DNA of 64,000 nucleotides from Candidatus Hodarchaeota archaeon (GCA_048886685.1 JBHLKM010000020.1:1-64000), one strand, 5' to 3'. Shown: positions 38,436-48,750, numbered from the stretch's first letter. The notes: generated from the sequence alone by a model not told the origin. Program-made: numbers and translations.

Positions 38436-41258
38436 TCACTCCATAAATTCATATTTAATCTTTAAAGTAACTATGACATGAGGTTTTAATTCTATTTCAA
38501 GATTGTTCCGAGTTAAATTAGTTATTTCTGCTTTAATATTATTCTTAGGTTTCTCTTCAAGAAAATTAACTATTTCGGCATTTTCAATCAAGATTTTCTC
38601 ATAAAAAGCTAATCTTGCATTTTGAGATTTAGATGAAATATTATAAATTCTAATAATAATAAAATTTCCTTCCTCTGCTTTTTTCAGGGCACTTAATAAA
38701 ATACATTTATTATCTATTTCAAGAAACCGTAAGAAGGGAGGAAGATAAGACTCAATTTGGCTTGTTTTAGATCTACCAAAGTAGGAAACCATACCTGTTG
38801 GGTTTAACATAACTTTATTAGAAGTTCTAATAGCGCTTTGAGCCATTGCGGGAAACATTGGTTTTAATGTATTTATAAATTCTTTTGCTCTTAGATGAAT
38901 ATTTGAATCTAACCAGCTTGATTTAGATTCTGTAGTAACCGATATTTCAAAAGTATGGGTACCCAAACATTGTGCTCCTGGAGTTTTATAACCAGGACCT
39001 GCATGAGACTTTCTTGTACTGAAATCATCACGAGACAACCATTCAATACAGCGCAGAAGAGTTATAGCAAAAGTTATTGTTTTATCCTCATTAACGATTG
39101 CTTCATATTCTGGCAATCCAATATTTAATATAGCAAATGTTCTTAAATTGTCGCTGATTGACACAAAATCTTTTTGATGATTAGTAGGTAAAGGATTTTG
39201 AACCCAATTATCTGCTTTAGGTAATTCAACATTTCTGGGTACAACATAAAAATGACCATCAGCATGAACTACATCAGCTTTTATCTTAGTTGGGAATAAT
39301 ACACGAATTCTGTGATCTCGACTGTTATTTTCAATTATAATTTTAAAATCTATTCTCTTGATAGTTTTATATAGTGATATATAAACAGTTATTCTATTGT
39401 CAACCAACCAATCTTCTCTATTATATCGATCCTCTGTAAGAGAATGAGGAAGCTTTAGGTTTAACCTCAATTTGAAGGTTTTTTGAGATGGACCATCTAT
39501 ATACACAGATTTCTCAAAGAGAGCAGCGTCTTCAGTTGAGAATCTTAAATCTGTCTGATTCTCTTTTGGACCAGAAAAATCGTATTCATCCCCCCAATCT
39601 CCCACATCTTCGAATTCACATATTTTTTCATATATAATTCCCGTTTCCTTATCTTTAACGTTAATTAGACCATCTGATTTAATTTCAACAAGATAAAATT
39701 CATTTTCTAAGAATTCTTTACTAATTCTAAATTCTTCAGTCTTGGGATTAAAAGAGCTCTCAGACACTGTAGGAACCAGATAATAAACCCTATAACCTAA
39801 TGCGGGAACATCAGCTAGAAATGAGATTTTATGGCTAACTCCTAGCTTTCGTGTAAATCTTGGTTGTTCTTCAACAAGCCAATATTGAAATTCAATTTCT
39901 TCTTCATTAAAGTCAATTAATTTAATATTAAAGGGTAATTTTTCACCTTTTGTTCTTTTGGAGATGAAAGTAAACTCTACTCTATCTTGTCTTTTCCATG
40001 GAAGTGGATTAAAAACAATTAAAACATTACGATCTTCATAATTGGAATTAAGATTAACAAGTTCAGTTAAGTATAAAAATGAGTTTTTAAATACTTCTTC
40101 ACCTATTTGTTCTGCCCAATCAAAACGAGTTTTCATCTCATCATGAACCTCATCTATACTACAACCGCAAATACTATCATGTGGTGAATTTTTTTGCAAC
40201 CATTTTAGACCAGTTAAAATATAATTCTTTGGATATCTGAAATTTCCATATTTATCGAGTACCAAACTCATAGTTGATATTGGTTCAGTATATTTCTCAT
40301 ATAAATACTCTATTGCGGTATTTCTTTGTTTTATCCACATCCGTGCTGAAAGTACGCCAGACAAGAGAGGTGAGTATCTTCCTCCTCTCAATTCGCCTTG
40401 ATATTCTTTCAACTCGGCATTTGATTCCAGTACTTTATTAATATAATATTCAAAGTCTGCTTGCTCTAAATGAGTGTCAGGATATAATTTATTCCATTGA
40501 TCGATTATCATTGGAATTTCTGGGGTAACTTCTTCATGATCTACTCCATTATTTAATAGAACGTTAGGTGTTGCGACGTATTTCTCAAAATTTAATACAA
40601 GATTTTTTATTCTTCTCATTGCTGGTTTGAATTCTCCTTTTACAGTTTTTGTATTCAAATATGCTAGATTATGATAAGTTAAAATTAGATGTATTCCTAA
40701 TACAGATGCCGCATTACCAGGAGCATTCCATATAAATTCCATGTTTAAATTATTTTCTTCAAATTCATTACCAAATCCTCGCATAAATAATATTGAGGGA
40801 ATTTCACATCCACTTATTATCTGAGGTAATTGTGCAATGTGTCCAAAAGGATCCGGTATATATCCTGCTTTCATAACCTTACCGAATTTCCTGCTAATTT
40901 GATGTCCAATCATAATATTCCTAATTAAAGATTCACCACTAACAAGAAATTCATCAGGTAGTACATACATAGGACCAATTGAAAGCCTTCCTTCTTTAAC
41001 ATATTTTTTAATTTCCTCTTCTCGCTCTGGTCTTACTTCTAAATAGTCTTCGAGTATAATAGTTTGTCCATCGAATGTGAAGCTTTTATAATCCGGATTG
41101 GTTTTTAGGATCTTTAATAATTTATCCATCATAATCACAAGCCTAGCTCTAAATTCTTGAAATGGGAGGTACCAATCATGCTTTACATGTCAATCGTATA
41201 AAGTTTCACGGTCCCAATGTGTTTCTGGCACAATTATGATGTTCTTAGACGTAACCAT
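38436..41258 (-). CDS. GH38 alpha-mannosidase (mannosylglycerate hydrolase-like); predicted spliced CDS join(41205-41258, 38436-41174), 930 aa
   Basis: ATG 41258 gives MVTSKNIIIVPETHWDRE. After removing 41175-41204 the frame continues WYLPFQEFRARLV...DGQ...PDEFLVSGES...PDPFGH...NGVDH...HDSICGCS. The ORF-track call starting at 41138 lacks the Zn-binding HWD motif. Confidence 0.9.
41175..41204 (-). other. Candidate 30-nt bulge-helix-bulge (BHB) intron in a protein-coding gene
   Basis: mRNA fold: GAC-CGUG-AA^A-CUUUAUA-(CGAUUGACA)-UGUAAAG-CAUG-AU^U-GG. Cutting after nt 2 of each 3-nt bulge removes exactly 30 nt, including the in-frame UGA, and restores GAA-UGG (E-W). Confidence 0.82.
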
Positions 41259-41436
41259 AATATTATCAAAACTATTTATTATCTAAAATTGTTTAATTAT
41301 TCAATTGTAATTCTTGTTAGTTTAAATTATTTCTTCTCAGTGCTTATTATTGACAAGATTTAAATCTCTTAATCGGTAATCTAATAATTCTTCTCTCTAT
41401 TATGATTTATTTAAGTATATATTCTAATGATAAATA

Positions 41437-42615
41437 ATGGGCACAAAATACACTACTTTACAACTAATAAACGATCTTGAGAAAGGATTAGGTGGATTAT
41501 CTCAAGCCAGTACGTTATTGGGATTTGGTTCAACTTATTTATCTGATTTAAAGCAAAGAATAACAAATTCAAATGTTAAAGGTTATAATCCAAAATATAA
41601 GTTCTCACTAAGTAATTTAAATGTTTTTAAAGAAAACTTAGAAAGAAATATTGGAGAAAAAGGTGATTTTTGCTTATTTATGATAAATAAATATAGTAAA
41701 TGTAATAATGACTTAAAGCATTATTCAAGACAACAATATAGATCTACTCTCAATCCTAATTATTTTAAGAGAATTGATACTCTCGAAAAGGCTTATTGGT
41801 TAGGATTTTTATATGCAGATGGTGAAATAAGAAATAAGTATAAAGAAAAATACTGGTATAGAATTTCTGTAGAACTCTCAGTCAAAGATAGAGATCATCT
41901 TGAAAATTTTTGTAGAGCCATTGGTCTAATCCCTGCTGAATTAATAAAGGAAAGAGAAAGATATAAAAAATATAATAATAAAATAAAGAAATATCGAATG
42001 GCATATGTACGATTCAGATGTAAACCAATGGTTAAGGATTTATTGAATATTGGCTTTTCAAGTTCAAAAACATTAAAGAAATCAATCCCCAAAATATTTA
42101 AAAAAAGTAATGATTCAACTTTTGGTAGGAAATTATCATTAGCATGGCTCCTTGGCTATTATGATGGTGATGGGAATTCGAATAGTACAAGAATTACTTC
42201 ATCTAGTAAAAATCTTCTAAATGAAATTAAGTCTGAATTTAATATTAAATTCGATGTTAAACAACAGTATGATAAAGGTGAAAAATCTCGTCTTGATGGT
42301 GTAATATCCACAAAACCTCATTGGAGATTAACATTGGGAGCATCTTTATTTAATGAGATGATTCAAAATTATCAAGATAGTATGAAAAGAAAGAGAAGAA
42401 TATTTAAAGAGAAAGATATGGTATCATATAACCGCTTGAAAAAGAAAGTGTTAAATAAAGAAAATTTACAATATTTAGTTGGTACATATAAGATTATTTC
42501 ATTAATAAAGAGATTTGATGTCTCTACAACTACTTTTTATCGCTTATGCAAAGAATGGAATATAAATACACCAAAAATGCGGAATCTAACTAAAAAAAAA
42601 ATAGAACTTTGCTAG
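41437..42615 (+). CDS. Free-standing LAGLIDADG homing-endonuclease-like protein (two motifs) with C-terminal HTH
   Basis: KAYWLGFLYADG and AWLLGYYDGDG motifs; very basic composition; C-terminal LIKRFDVSTTTFYRLCKEWNI HTH. Confidence 0.85.
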   Translation: MGTKYTTLQLINDLEKGLGGLSQASTLLGFGSTYLSDLKQRITNSNVKGYNPKYKFSLSNLNVFKENLERNIGEKGDFCLFMINKYSKCNNDLKHYSRQQYRSTLNPNYFKRIDTLEKAYWLGFLYADGEIRNKYKEKYWYRISVELSVKDRDHLENFCRAIGLIPAELIKERERYKKYNNKIKKYRMAYVRFRCKPMVKDLLNIGFSSSKTLKKSIPKIFKKSNDSTFGRKLSLAWLLGYYDGDGNSNSTRITSSSKNLLNEIKSEFNIKFDVKQQYDKGEKSRLDGVISTKPHWRLTLGASLFNEMIQNYQDSMKRKRRIFKEKDMVSYNRLKKKVLNKENLQYLVGTYKIISLIKRFDVSTTTFYRLCKEWNINTPKMRNLTKKKIELC

Positions 42616-42780
42616 TTCCTTCTCGATCTCAATGAGTTTCAGGAACAAGGATAATGTTATTCGCTTTCATAATATAGAGTTTTTAATTGAAAATCCTAAT
42701 TGAGATTATAAAAGAATACTTTAATAAAAATCAATTGGATCCTCTGCAAAACTGAAAAGAATAAAGTAATTATTTTTATT

Positions 42781-44301
42781 TTAAGAATTCAATATAGATT
42801 TTCCTATTACACTTGAATGCGGTTTCTTTCCTAATAAGCCTAATAAGGTGGGAACAATATCTGTAGTTTTACAATAATCTAATTCCAATTTAGGAATGTC
42901 TAGAGATCCTCCTATAATCAGTGGCACAAGCATTGAATTTCTGCTGGCAATATCATGCGAATAAGGAGAAACACCTTTTGTTTTTCCATGTTCATAATTA
43001 AAGTTAAATTCGCCCTCAGTAGAGACCATTATATCACATGAACGGGGATTTTTAAAATGACGGGGGAGTTGATCAATAATATTTATAAAATTCGTTTGAA
43101 AAGTTGTTCTTACCCACTCATCAATAGAATGAAATTTATTGTCCAGAAGAGCAGAAGATTTTTCATTTTTTACATAACCAAATAAATCTTCATCATCAAA
43201 CACATATTTGGTCATTTGATCTTTTCCTATCCCATAATATTCAATTCTCCCTTTCAGAATTTTATTATTTTTAATATATCTTCGTCCTAAATGTATAAGC
43301 CCTTTTTCAGCGGTACTAGCATCATCCTTATAATACATCAATTTCACTCCTGGAATGTCCCACAATATTTTAAATAAATCCAATTTAGATGTTCCTTCTC
43401 CACTTGTTTTGTAGTTCTTCATTTGATTAAGTGTGGGATGATGATACCATGTATCTCCCTTAAAGTTGAAAAATCCTATACCCCCAAGATTTGCATCAAA
43501 ATCACCCTCTCCTTTGATAGGATTATAGGGTTTTAGTCCCTTTTGATGAAAGAATGGTTCAAGATCAAAAATATTTGGAGCTTTATAATTACCGTGATCA
43601 GAAGTAATAGCAATTGCGGTATCTTCATAGCATCCTACGTTCTTAAGTGTTTTAATTAAAGATCCTATAAATTTATCACATCTTAATACTAAATTAATGT
43701 AGTCAGGATGATCAAATCCTTTTTCATGCATAAATTCATCAGTATGTGGAATATAACCTACAGAAACTTTTGGAAGTTCCATATTTGGGAAAACTTCTTT
43801 AGGATTTTTGTAAATATCTTCTATTCTTTTTAAGATCAATTCCGGTTTAAATTCTTTTGAAACAGTGAAAGTAGAACCTCTATATAAGAAGCTTGTTACG
43901 CTTAAAAAATTCCCCTCACCTGCTTGTTCAAATATTGTTTTAACATGTTTGCCAATGTCTTTATTTATTTTTAATACGTCTCGTCGCTCACTGTAATTAC
44001 GAATGAAAGGTGGCTTCTTTTTTTCTGAGGGAGGAACTGTACGATCAATCCAATGATAATTGGGGACCCCACTTCCCTCTCTGGGAAAAAATCCAGAATT
44101 TGAACCCGTTATTATATCTGCATAACAAGGTAAAGTAACACTGGGAAATGACGTAACGGTATTTTGACATGAAACACCATTAATAGCGAGTTGAGAAACG
44201 TTTGGAAGATTTCCCTTGTCCATCCATTTGAATAAATGTTCTGCTCGCACATCGTCAAGAATAATCAATATAACTTGGTTAACTTTCGCACTTCGGCTCA
44301 T
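42781..44301 (-). CDS. Alkaline-phosphatase-superfamily nucleotide pyrophosphatase/phosphodiesterase
   Basis: LIILDD, SFPSVTLP (Thr nucleophile), DEFMHEKG, TSDHG and DIVPTLL motifs. Confidence 0.88.
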   Translation of the reverse strand: MSRSAKVNQVILIILDDVRAEHLFKWMDKGNLPNVSQLAINGVSCQNTVTSFPSVTLPCYADIITGSNSGFFPREGSGVPNYHWIDRTVPPSEKKKPPFIRNYSERRDVLKINKDIGKHVKTIFEQAGEGNFLSVTSFLYRGSTFTVSKEFKPELILKRIEDIYKNPKEVFPNMELPKVSVGYIPHTDEFMHEKGFDHPDYINLVLRCDKFIGSLIKTLKNVGCYEDTAIAITSDHGNYKAPNIFDLEPFFHQKGLKPYNPIKGEGDFDANLGGIGFFNFKGDTWYHHPTLNQMKNYKTSGEGTSKLDLFKILWDIPGVKLMYYKDDASTAEKGLIHLGRRYIKNNKILKGRIEYYGIGKDQMTKYVFDDEDLFGYVKNEKSSALLDNKFHSIDEWVRTTFQTNFINIIDQLPRHFKNPRSCDIMVSTEGEFNFNYEHGKTKGVSPYSHDIASRNSMLVPLIIGGSLDIPKLELDYCKTTDIVPTLLGLLGKKPHSSVIGKSILNS

Positions 44302-44423
44302 TATTATCTAATATTTGATAAATATTTATATAAATTTTTAATAACATATTGATGTAAAGTATTTGAATTTTAATTAAAAAAACTCTAACATTAAATTAGG
44401 ATTTTGAAATTTGGAAACTGACC

Positions 44424-45518
44424 ATGGAAACTATTCACAAGGTACACTTCAAAAATTCATCTGATATGCATGAACTTAAGTCCAATTCGATTGATTTAAT
44501 GATTACTTCACCACCTTATCCCATGATTGAGATGTGGGATTTATTATTTTCTTCCTTAAATGACAAAATTAAAGAGGCTCTCGAAGAAGGGAGTAGTAAA
44601 AGAGCATTCAATTTGATGCATAAGGAACTCGATAAAGTATGGAGAGAAGTAGCACGGGTACTAAAACCTGGGGGAATAGCTTGTATAAACATAGGAGATG
44701 CAACTAGAACTATTGGAAAAAATTTCCAATTATTCCCAAATCACGTCAAAATAACTAATTCTTTTCTTAATTTTGAATTTATTGAATTACCTTCAATTTT
44801 ATGGAGAAAACCAACAAATAGTCCAAATAAATTCATGGGTTCAGGGATGTTACCCCCAAATGCTTATGCTACCCTTGAGCACGAATATATTTTGATATTT
44901 AGAAAAGGTAAAAGGAGGAGGACAATACCCCCAAAATCAGAAAATCGCTATAATAGTGCTTTTTTTTGGGAAGAGAGGAATACATGGTTTTCTGATGTAT
45001 GGGATGATATAAGAGGGATTAGCCAACAAATAAATCAAAATAATAATAATCAAAATTATTTAAGAAATCGTTCAGCAGCTTTTCCCTTTGAAATTCCATA
45101 TCGTTTAATTAATATGTTTTCAATCTATGAAGATATAGTGTTAGATCCGTTCTGGGGTACAGGTACTACTTCATTAGCTGCAATTGTGTCAACCAGAAAT
45201 TCAATAGGTTATGAATTAAAACCTAATTTCATGGATGTGTTTAAAAAAAGTATCTCTAAAATTAAACAATTAAATTCTGAAATTAACAATTACAGGTTAA
45301 ACCACCATGTTGAATTTATTGATAGATACAAAAAACAAAACAAAGAGATTAAATATAAATCAAAATATTATGAATTTCCTGTTATTACAAAACAAGAAAC
45401 AAATATCTTATTTTATTCAGTAAAAAAATATGCCGAAATCCAAAATAAATTTATAATTAATCATGAAAAGTATCTATTAAAGAGTAATATAGATACTTTT
45501 CAATATCCAAATAATTAA
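44424..45518 (+). CDS. Site-specific DNA methyltransferase (N4-C/N6-A, beta class), apparently orphan
   Basis: Motif IV TSPPY precedes motif I DPFWGTGTT; also LKPGG and HEYILIFRK. Confidence 0.92.
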   Translation: METIHKVHFKNSSDMHELKSNSIDLMITSPPYPMIEMWDLLFSSLNDKIKEALEEGSSKRAFNLMHKELDKVWREVARVLKPGGIACINIGDATRTIGKNFQLFPNHVKITNSFLNFEFIELPSILWRKPTNSPNKFMGSGMLPPNAYATLEHEYILIFRKGKRRRTIPPKSENRYNSAFFWEERNTWFSDVWDDIRGISQQINQNNNNQNYLRNRSAAFPFEIPYRLINMFSIYEDIVLDPFWGTGTTSLAAIVSTRNSIGYELKPNFMDVFKKSISKIKQLNSEINNYRLNHHVEFIDRYKKQNKEIKYKSKYYEFPVITKQETNILFYSVKKYAEIQNKFIINHEKYLLKSNIDTFQYPNN

Positions 45519-45610
45519 AAAAAAGTGCTAATATATTTTTTTTATTTAATATTTACTAATAATTTTAAACATATAGAATAAGTTTAAATTAGATAAGCAC
45601 TCTTGAAAAA

Positions 45611-46351
45611 TTACTTTTTTTTCCGTGTTTTACCTAATTTTTCATATAATTCTTTAATTCTCTGATCTTTCATATTTAATTGTACTTCTAACACTTCAAC
45701 TTTGTTTTTCATATTTTCTAAATTACTTTTTAAATCATCTATTTCTTTATTTTTAGACTCAATTATTTTCCCCTGATCATCAATTTGAGTCTGTAATAAA
45801 TAAGCCATTCTCCGTTCTATTGCTTCCTCTTTCTCTTTTATTTTTGTGTCAAATTCAGCTACATCAATATGTTGTCGTTTTAAATTTTCTATCATAGTTT
45901 TCTGTTTGTTTACCTTGTCTTGTAAATCTTTTACTAAAGTTTCTAATGGTGGCTTAGATCTAATATCCTCCGTTCGAATTACATTAGATTCCACGCGTTC
46001 TCTTTTCAACCTTTCAAGTTCCTGCTGGAGTTGAACTTTCTCTTTCCTTAAGAAACCCATTCTATTTTTTAAATCTCGTATTTCTATATCTCTATCTTTT
46101 AAATCTAATGCTAATTTGGAATCTAATACTTTTTGGTCTTTACTTTTTGTATCGCTATCCTCCTCTGGGATTAATGATTCTAATTTCATTATAACATCCT
46201 CTAAGTGTTCTATAGTCTCTAAGTGAGTGTAATTTTCATGTTCTTTTTTATCCAACTCTATTTCTAACATGCTGATTCGATTCTTTAAAGTATTAATTTC
46301 ATCATTTAATTCTTCGATTTTATCCGTTAAATTATCTTCTAACATTTTCAA
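45611..46351 (-). CDS. Coiled-coil protein
   Basis: Heptad-rich E/K/L composition throughout. Confidence 0.65.
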   Translation of the reverse strand: MKMLEDNLTDKIEELNDEINTLKNRISMLEIELDKKEHENYTHLETIEHLEDVIMKLESLIPEEDSDTKSKDQKVLDSKLALDLKDRDIEIRDLKNRMGFLRKEKVQLQQELERLKRERVESNVIRTEDIRSKPPLETLVKDLQDKVNKQKTMIENLKRQHIDVAEFDTKIKEKEEAIERRMAYLLQTQIDDQGKIIESKNKEIDDLKSNLENMKNKVEVLEVQLNMKDQRIKELYEKLGKTRKKK

Positions 46352-46443
46352 GAGAAAGTTAATGAAATTATGACTTAAAATAATAATGTAAACTCATTTA
46401 TTAAAATTTAATTACAGCATTATTAAATTAAAACGTGTTCTTT

Positions 46444-48468
46444 TTAAGCAGCAGATTCTAGAAATCTGTAAGCTATATATAAAAACGAATCGTTAACATT
46501 CTCCCCTGTTTTTGCAGAGGTGAGTATGTAAAAAAAATTATTCATGTTTGCAACATTTTTAATTTCATTTTCAGTAATAACTATTTCATCGACTAAATCT
46601 GATTTGTTTCCGACTAATATAATATTAAGATCTTTATCTACAAATTTCGTTAATTCATTATGCCATTTTTCAACAGATTTAAGGCTCTCTTTCCTGGTCC
46701 TATCTATCACAATAAATGCAGAATTAGCTCCTCCATAAAATCTCTTTCTATATGGTGTCATTTGGGTTATTTGACCTCCGATATCCCATATTGCAAAATT
46801 TATTTTCGTGTTTTTAGCTAATTCTATAGTTTTCTTTGATATTTCTAATCCAACTGTACTATGATAACCCTCTTTGAAAAGATTTTGTACAAAGCGTCTT
46901 ATTAATGAAGTCTTACCTACCTCGTAATCTCCTGTTAATACTAATTTTAATGAATAATCACCTGTAGGGATTTTCCCATCTTTAGTTTTAGATAAAATTT
47001 TTATTATTTGAGGTATTTGAAGTGAAACATTTTCATTGCCTTCTAATATCATTTCAATTTTACTTGCTACATGTTCGGAATAGACTCTTAATTCAGTATC
47101 TGAAATTGATAGATCTGAAATAGTTAATAATATTGATTTTAATCCCATCGAACAATATGCAAATTTTTTATTACTAATTGTTGTGATATTAAAGAAGGTC
47201 GTTTCGTCCTTAAATTCCTTCTTAATTCTCTCAATATAACTGTCAACTGATGCTGCTATCGCTCCAATCACATATTCATCTTCAAGATCTCCCTTACTCT
47301 CTGAAGTTATAATTAACCCCTCACGATCGCAGATGGTTATAGCAAATATATTCTCTACATCATCCATAAAATTCTTCAATAAAATTTTTAAACGCCTTTC
47401 TAAGAATGAAAGTCTTTTAATTGATGTTTCCTTCTCCAAGGGTTTTATTTCAGAATCTATTTGAGGAACCTCTTTACCCAACTCATCTTTAATTTTTAAT
47501 TGCATTCTATAAAAGGGCTCTACACTATCTCCCAGTTGTGAAGAGATTTTAATGATTTTCTCAAAAAGGTCATCAATATTTTCAAACTTGTCATTTTTTA
47601 ATGATTCTTCAAGTTCATGGATTAGGTTTTCTCGTTCAAAAAGAAGGTCTATAATTGGTAAAATATGGCGCTTCATTTCAAGCATTTCTGCAATGATTTG
47701 AATAAATCTTTCTCTATTATTGGGATCAATTGCACTCGTCGGAAACGTGTTCAATCCTAAAATTTCCCTTATTCTCGACTCGTTCAAGGCATTTTCCAAA
47801 TCTTGTTTATTTCCAATTCCTGCAGTATAAGCATAAGGAACTTCTTCTTCAATTTTGCTTAAAAAAAATTTTGAATTTATTACATTCTCTTCAGTTGAAT
47901 CCGTGATTAAGAGGATAGCATCGCTCCCTCTAATGAAATTATTCCACAGAAATCCAACATTTTCATCACCAGTAAAATCCCGTAGAAGGAAGGAAATTTT
48001 CCCAACTTTTAAAGTCGCAACATCCCCCGAGATACTAGGTTGATTTTCTACAGAGAACTCCTTTGTTCTTAGGAGGTTTACAATAGTGGACTTTCCCACT
48101 CCAGAATACCCTACTAATGAGATTATTGGAGGCATTCTGTTTTGAATTGGATAAATATATTGATCGATTTTCTCAAGATCCTTTTCATCATCTAAATCCA
48201 GAGTGGTATTTTCAACTAAGTTGAGAAATCCTTCTCTACACCTGTTTAACTCCTTCTTAATTTTGTTAAAAGGATCATTTACACTATTAATAAATAAGAA
48301 CAAGTAGTTTTTTTCTTTATAGTATGAGATTTTAAATTTGTAATAATCTTTATAATTAATAATATCTGTAGTTTTTGAAAAAGATTCCTCCAGAATGGGG
48401 GTAATTAATCTCTCAAATACAGTATCTTCTAACACTACACCGAATTGTTTAGTGTAAATATGTTTCAT
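46444..48468 (-). CDS. Multidomain small GTPase: longin-like + Arf-like GTPase + helical linker + roadblock + Rab-like GTPase
   Basis: GTPase 1: GYSGVGKS, DFTG, GNKQD, SAI. Roadblock: AITICDREGLIITS. GTPase 2: GDYEVGKT, STVG, WDIGGQ, GNKSD, TSAKTG. Confidence 0.88.
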   Translation of the reverse strand: MKHIYTKQFGVVLEDTVFERLITPILEESFSKTTDIINYKDYYKFKISYYKEKNYLFLFINSVNDPFNKIKKELNRCREGFLNLVENTTLDLDDEKDLEKIDQYIYPIQNRMPPIISLVGYSGVGKSTIVNLLRTKEFSVENQPSISGDVATLKVGKISFLLRDFTGDENVGFLWNNFIRGSDAILLITDSTEENVINSKFFLSKIEEEVPYAYTAGIGNKQDLENALNESRIREILGLNTFPTSAIDPNNRERFIQIIAEMLEMKRHILPIIDLLFERENLIHELEESLKNDKFENIDDLFEKIIKISSQLGDSVEPFYRMQLKIKDELGKEVPQIDSEIKPLEKETSIKRLSFLERRLKILLKNFMDDVENIFAITICDREGLIITSESKGDLEDEYVIGAIAASVDSYIERIKKEFKDETTFFNITTISNKKFAYCSMGLKSILLTISDLSISDTELRVYSEHVASKIEMILEGNENVSLQIPQIIKILSKTKDGKIPTGDYSLKLVLTGDYEVGKTSLIRRFVQNLFKEGYHSTVGLEISKKTIELAKNTKINFAIWDIGGQITQMTPYRKRFYGGANSAFIVIDRTRKESLKSVEKWHNELTKFVDKDLNIILVGNKSDLVDEIVITENEIKNVANMNNFFYILTSAKTGENVNDSFLYIAYRFLESAA

Positions 48469-48750
48469 ATCCTTATAAATTGAGATTTGTCGTAAAATTA
48501 CGCAACACCGGAAAATTTCTTTTTCATTTTATGATTATTATTTCTATATAATTAATTGATTATGAATAATTTATCTTTTAGTATTTTCCTTTATGAAATA
48601 TTTAGTTTTATTTACATAAATTGAATATTTAAAACTAAACTCCTTTAATTCCAATTTTTACCTCTAAATATATATATATGATATATCTATGTTTTTATTA
48701 AATTTAATTAACAAAACTATATCGTTTTTACAATAGAGTAAATTTTAACA

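Noticed and set aside
41190-41192. In-frame TGA in the mannosidase read as selenocysteine or by readthrough
   Set aside because: Readthrough would leave 10 extra residues splitting the HWDREWY motif, and the position is not a Cys-equivalent site. Exact BHB excision explains the data better.
38436-41258. Mannosidase as a pseudogene
   Set aside because: The remaining ~2.7 kb is uninterrupted with catalytic motifs intact, and the single lesion has precise splice geometry. Not fully excluded without RNA data.
41437-42615. LAGLIDADG ORF as an intein or as encoded within the BHB intron
   Set aside because: No Hint-domain N- or C-terminal signatures, and it lies on the opposite strand outside the 30-nt intron.
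46444-46460. Prenylation of the GTPase, given the nearby isoprenoid cluster
   Set aside because: The C-terminus is FLESAA, with no CaaX, CC or CxC motif, and no protein prenyltransferase is visible.
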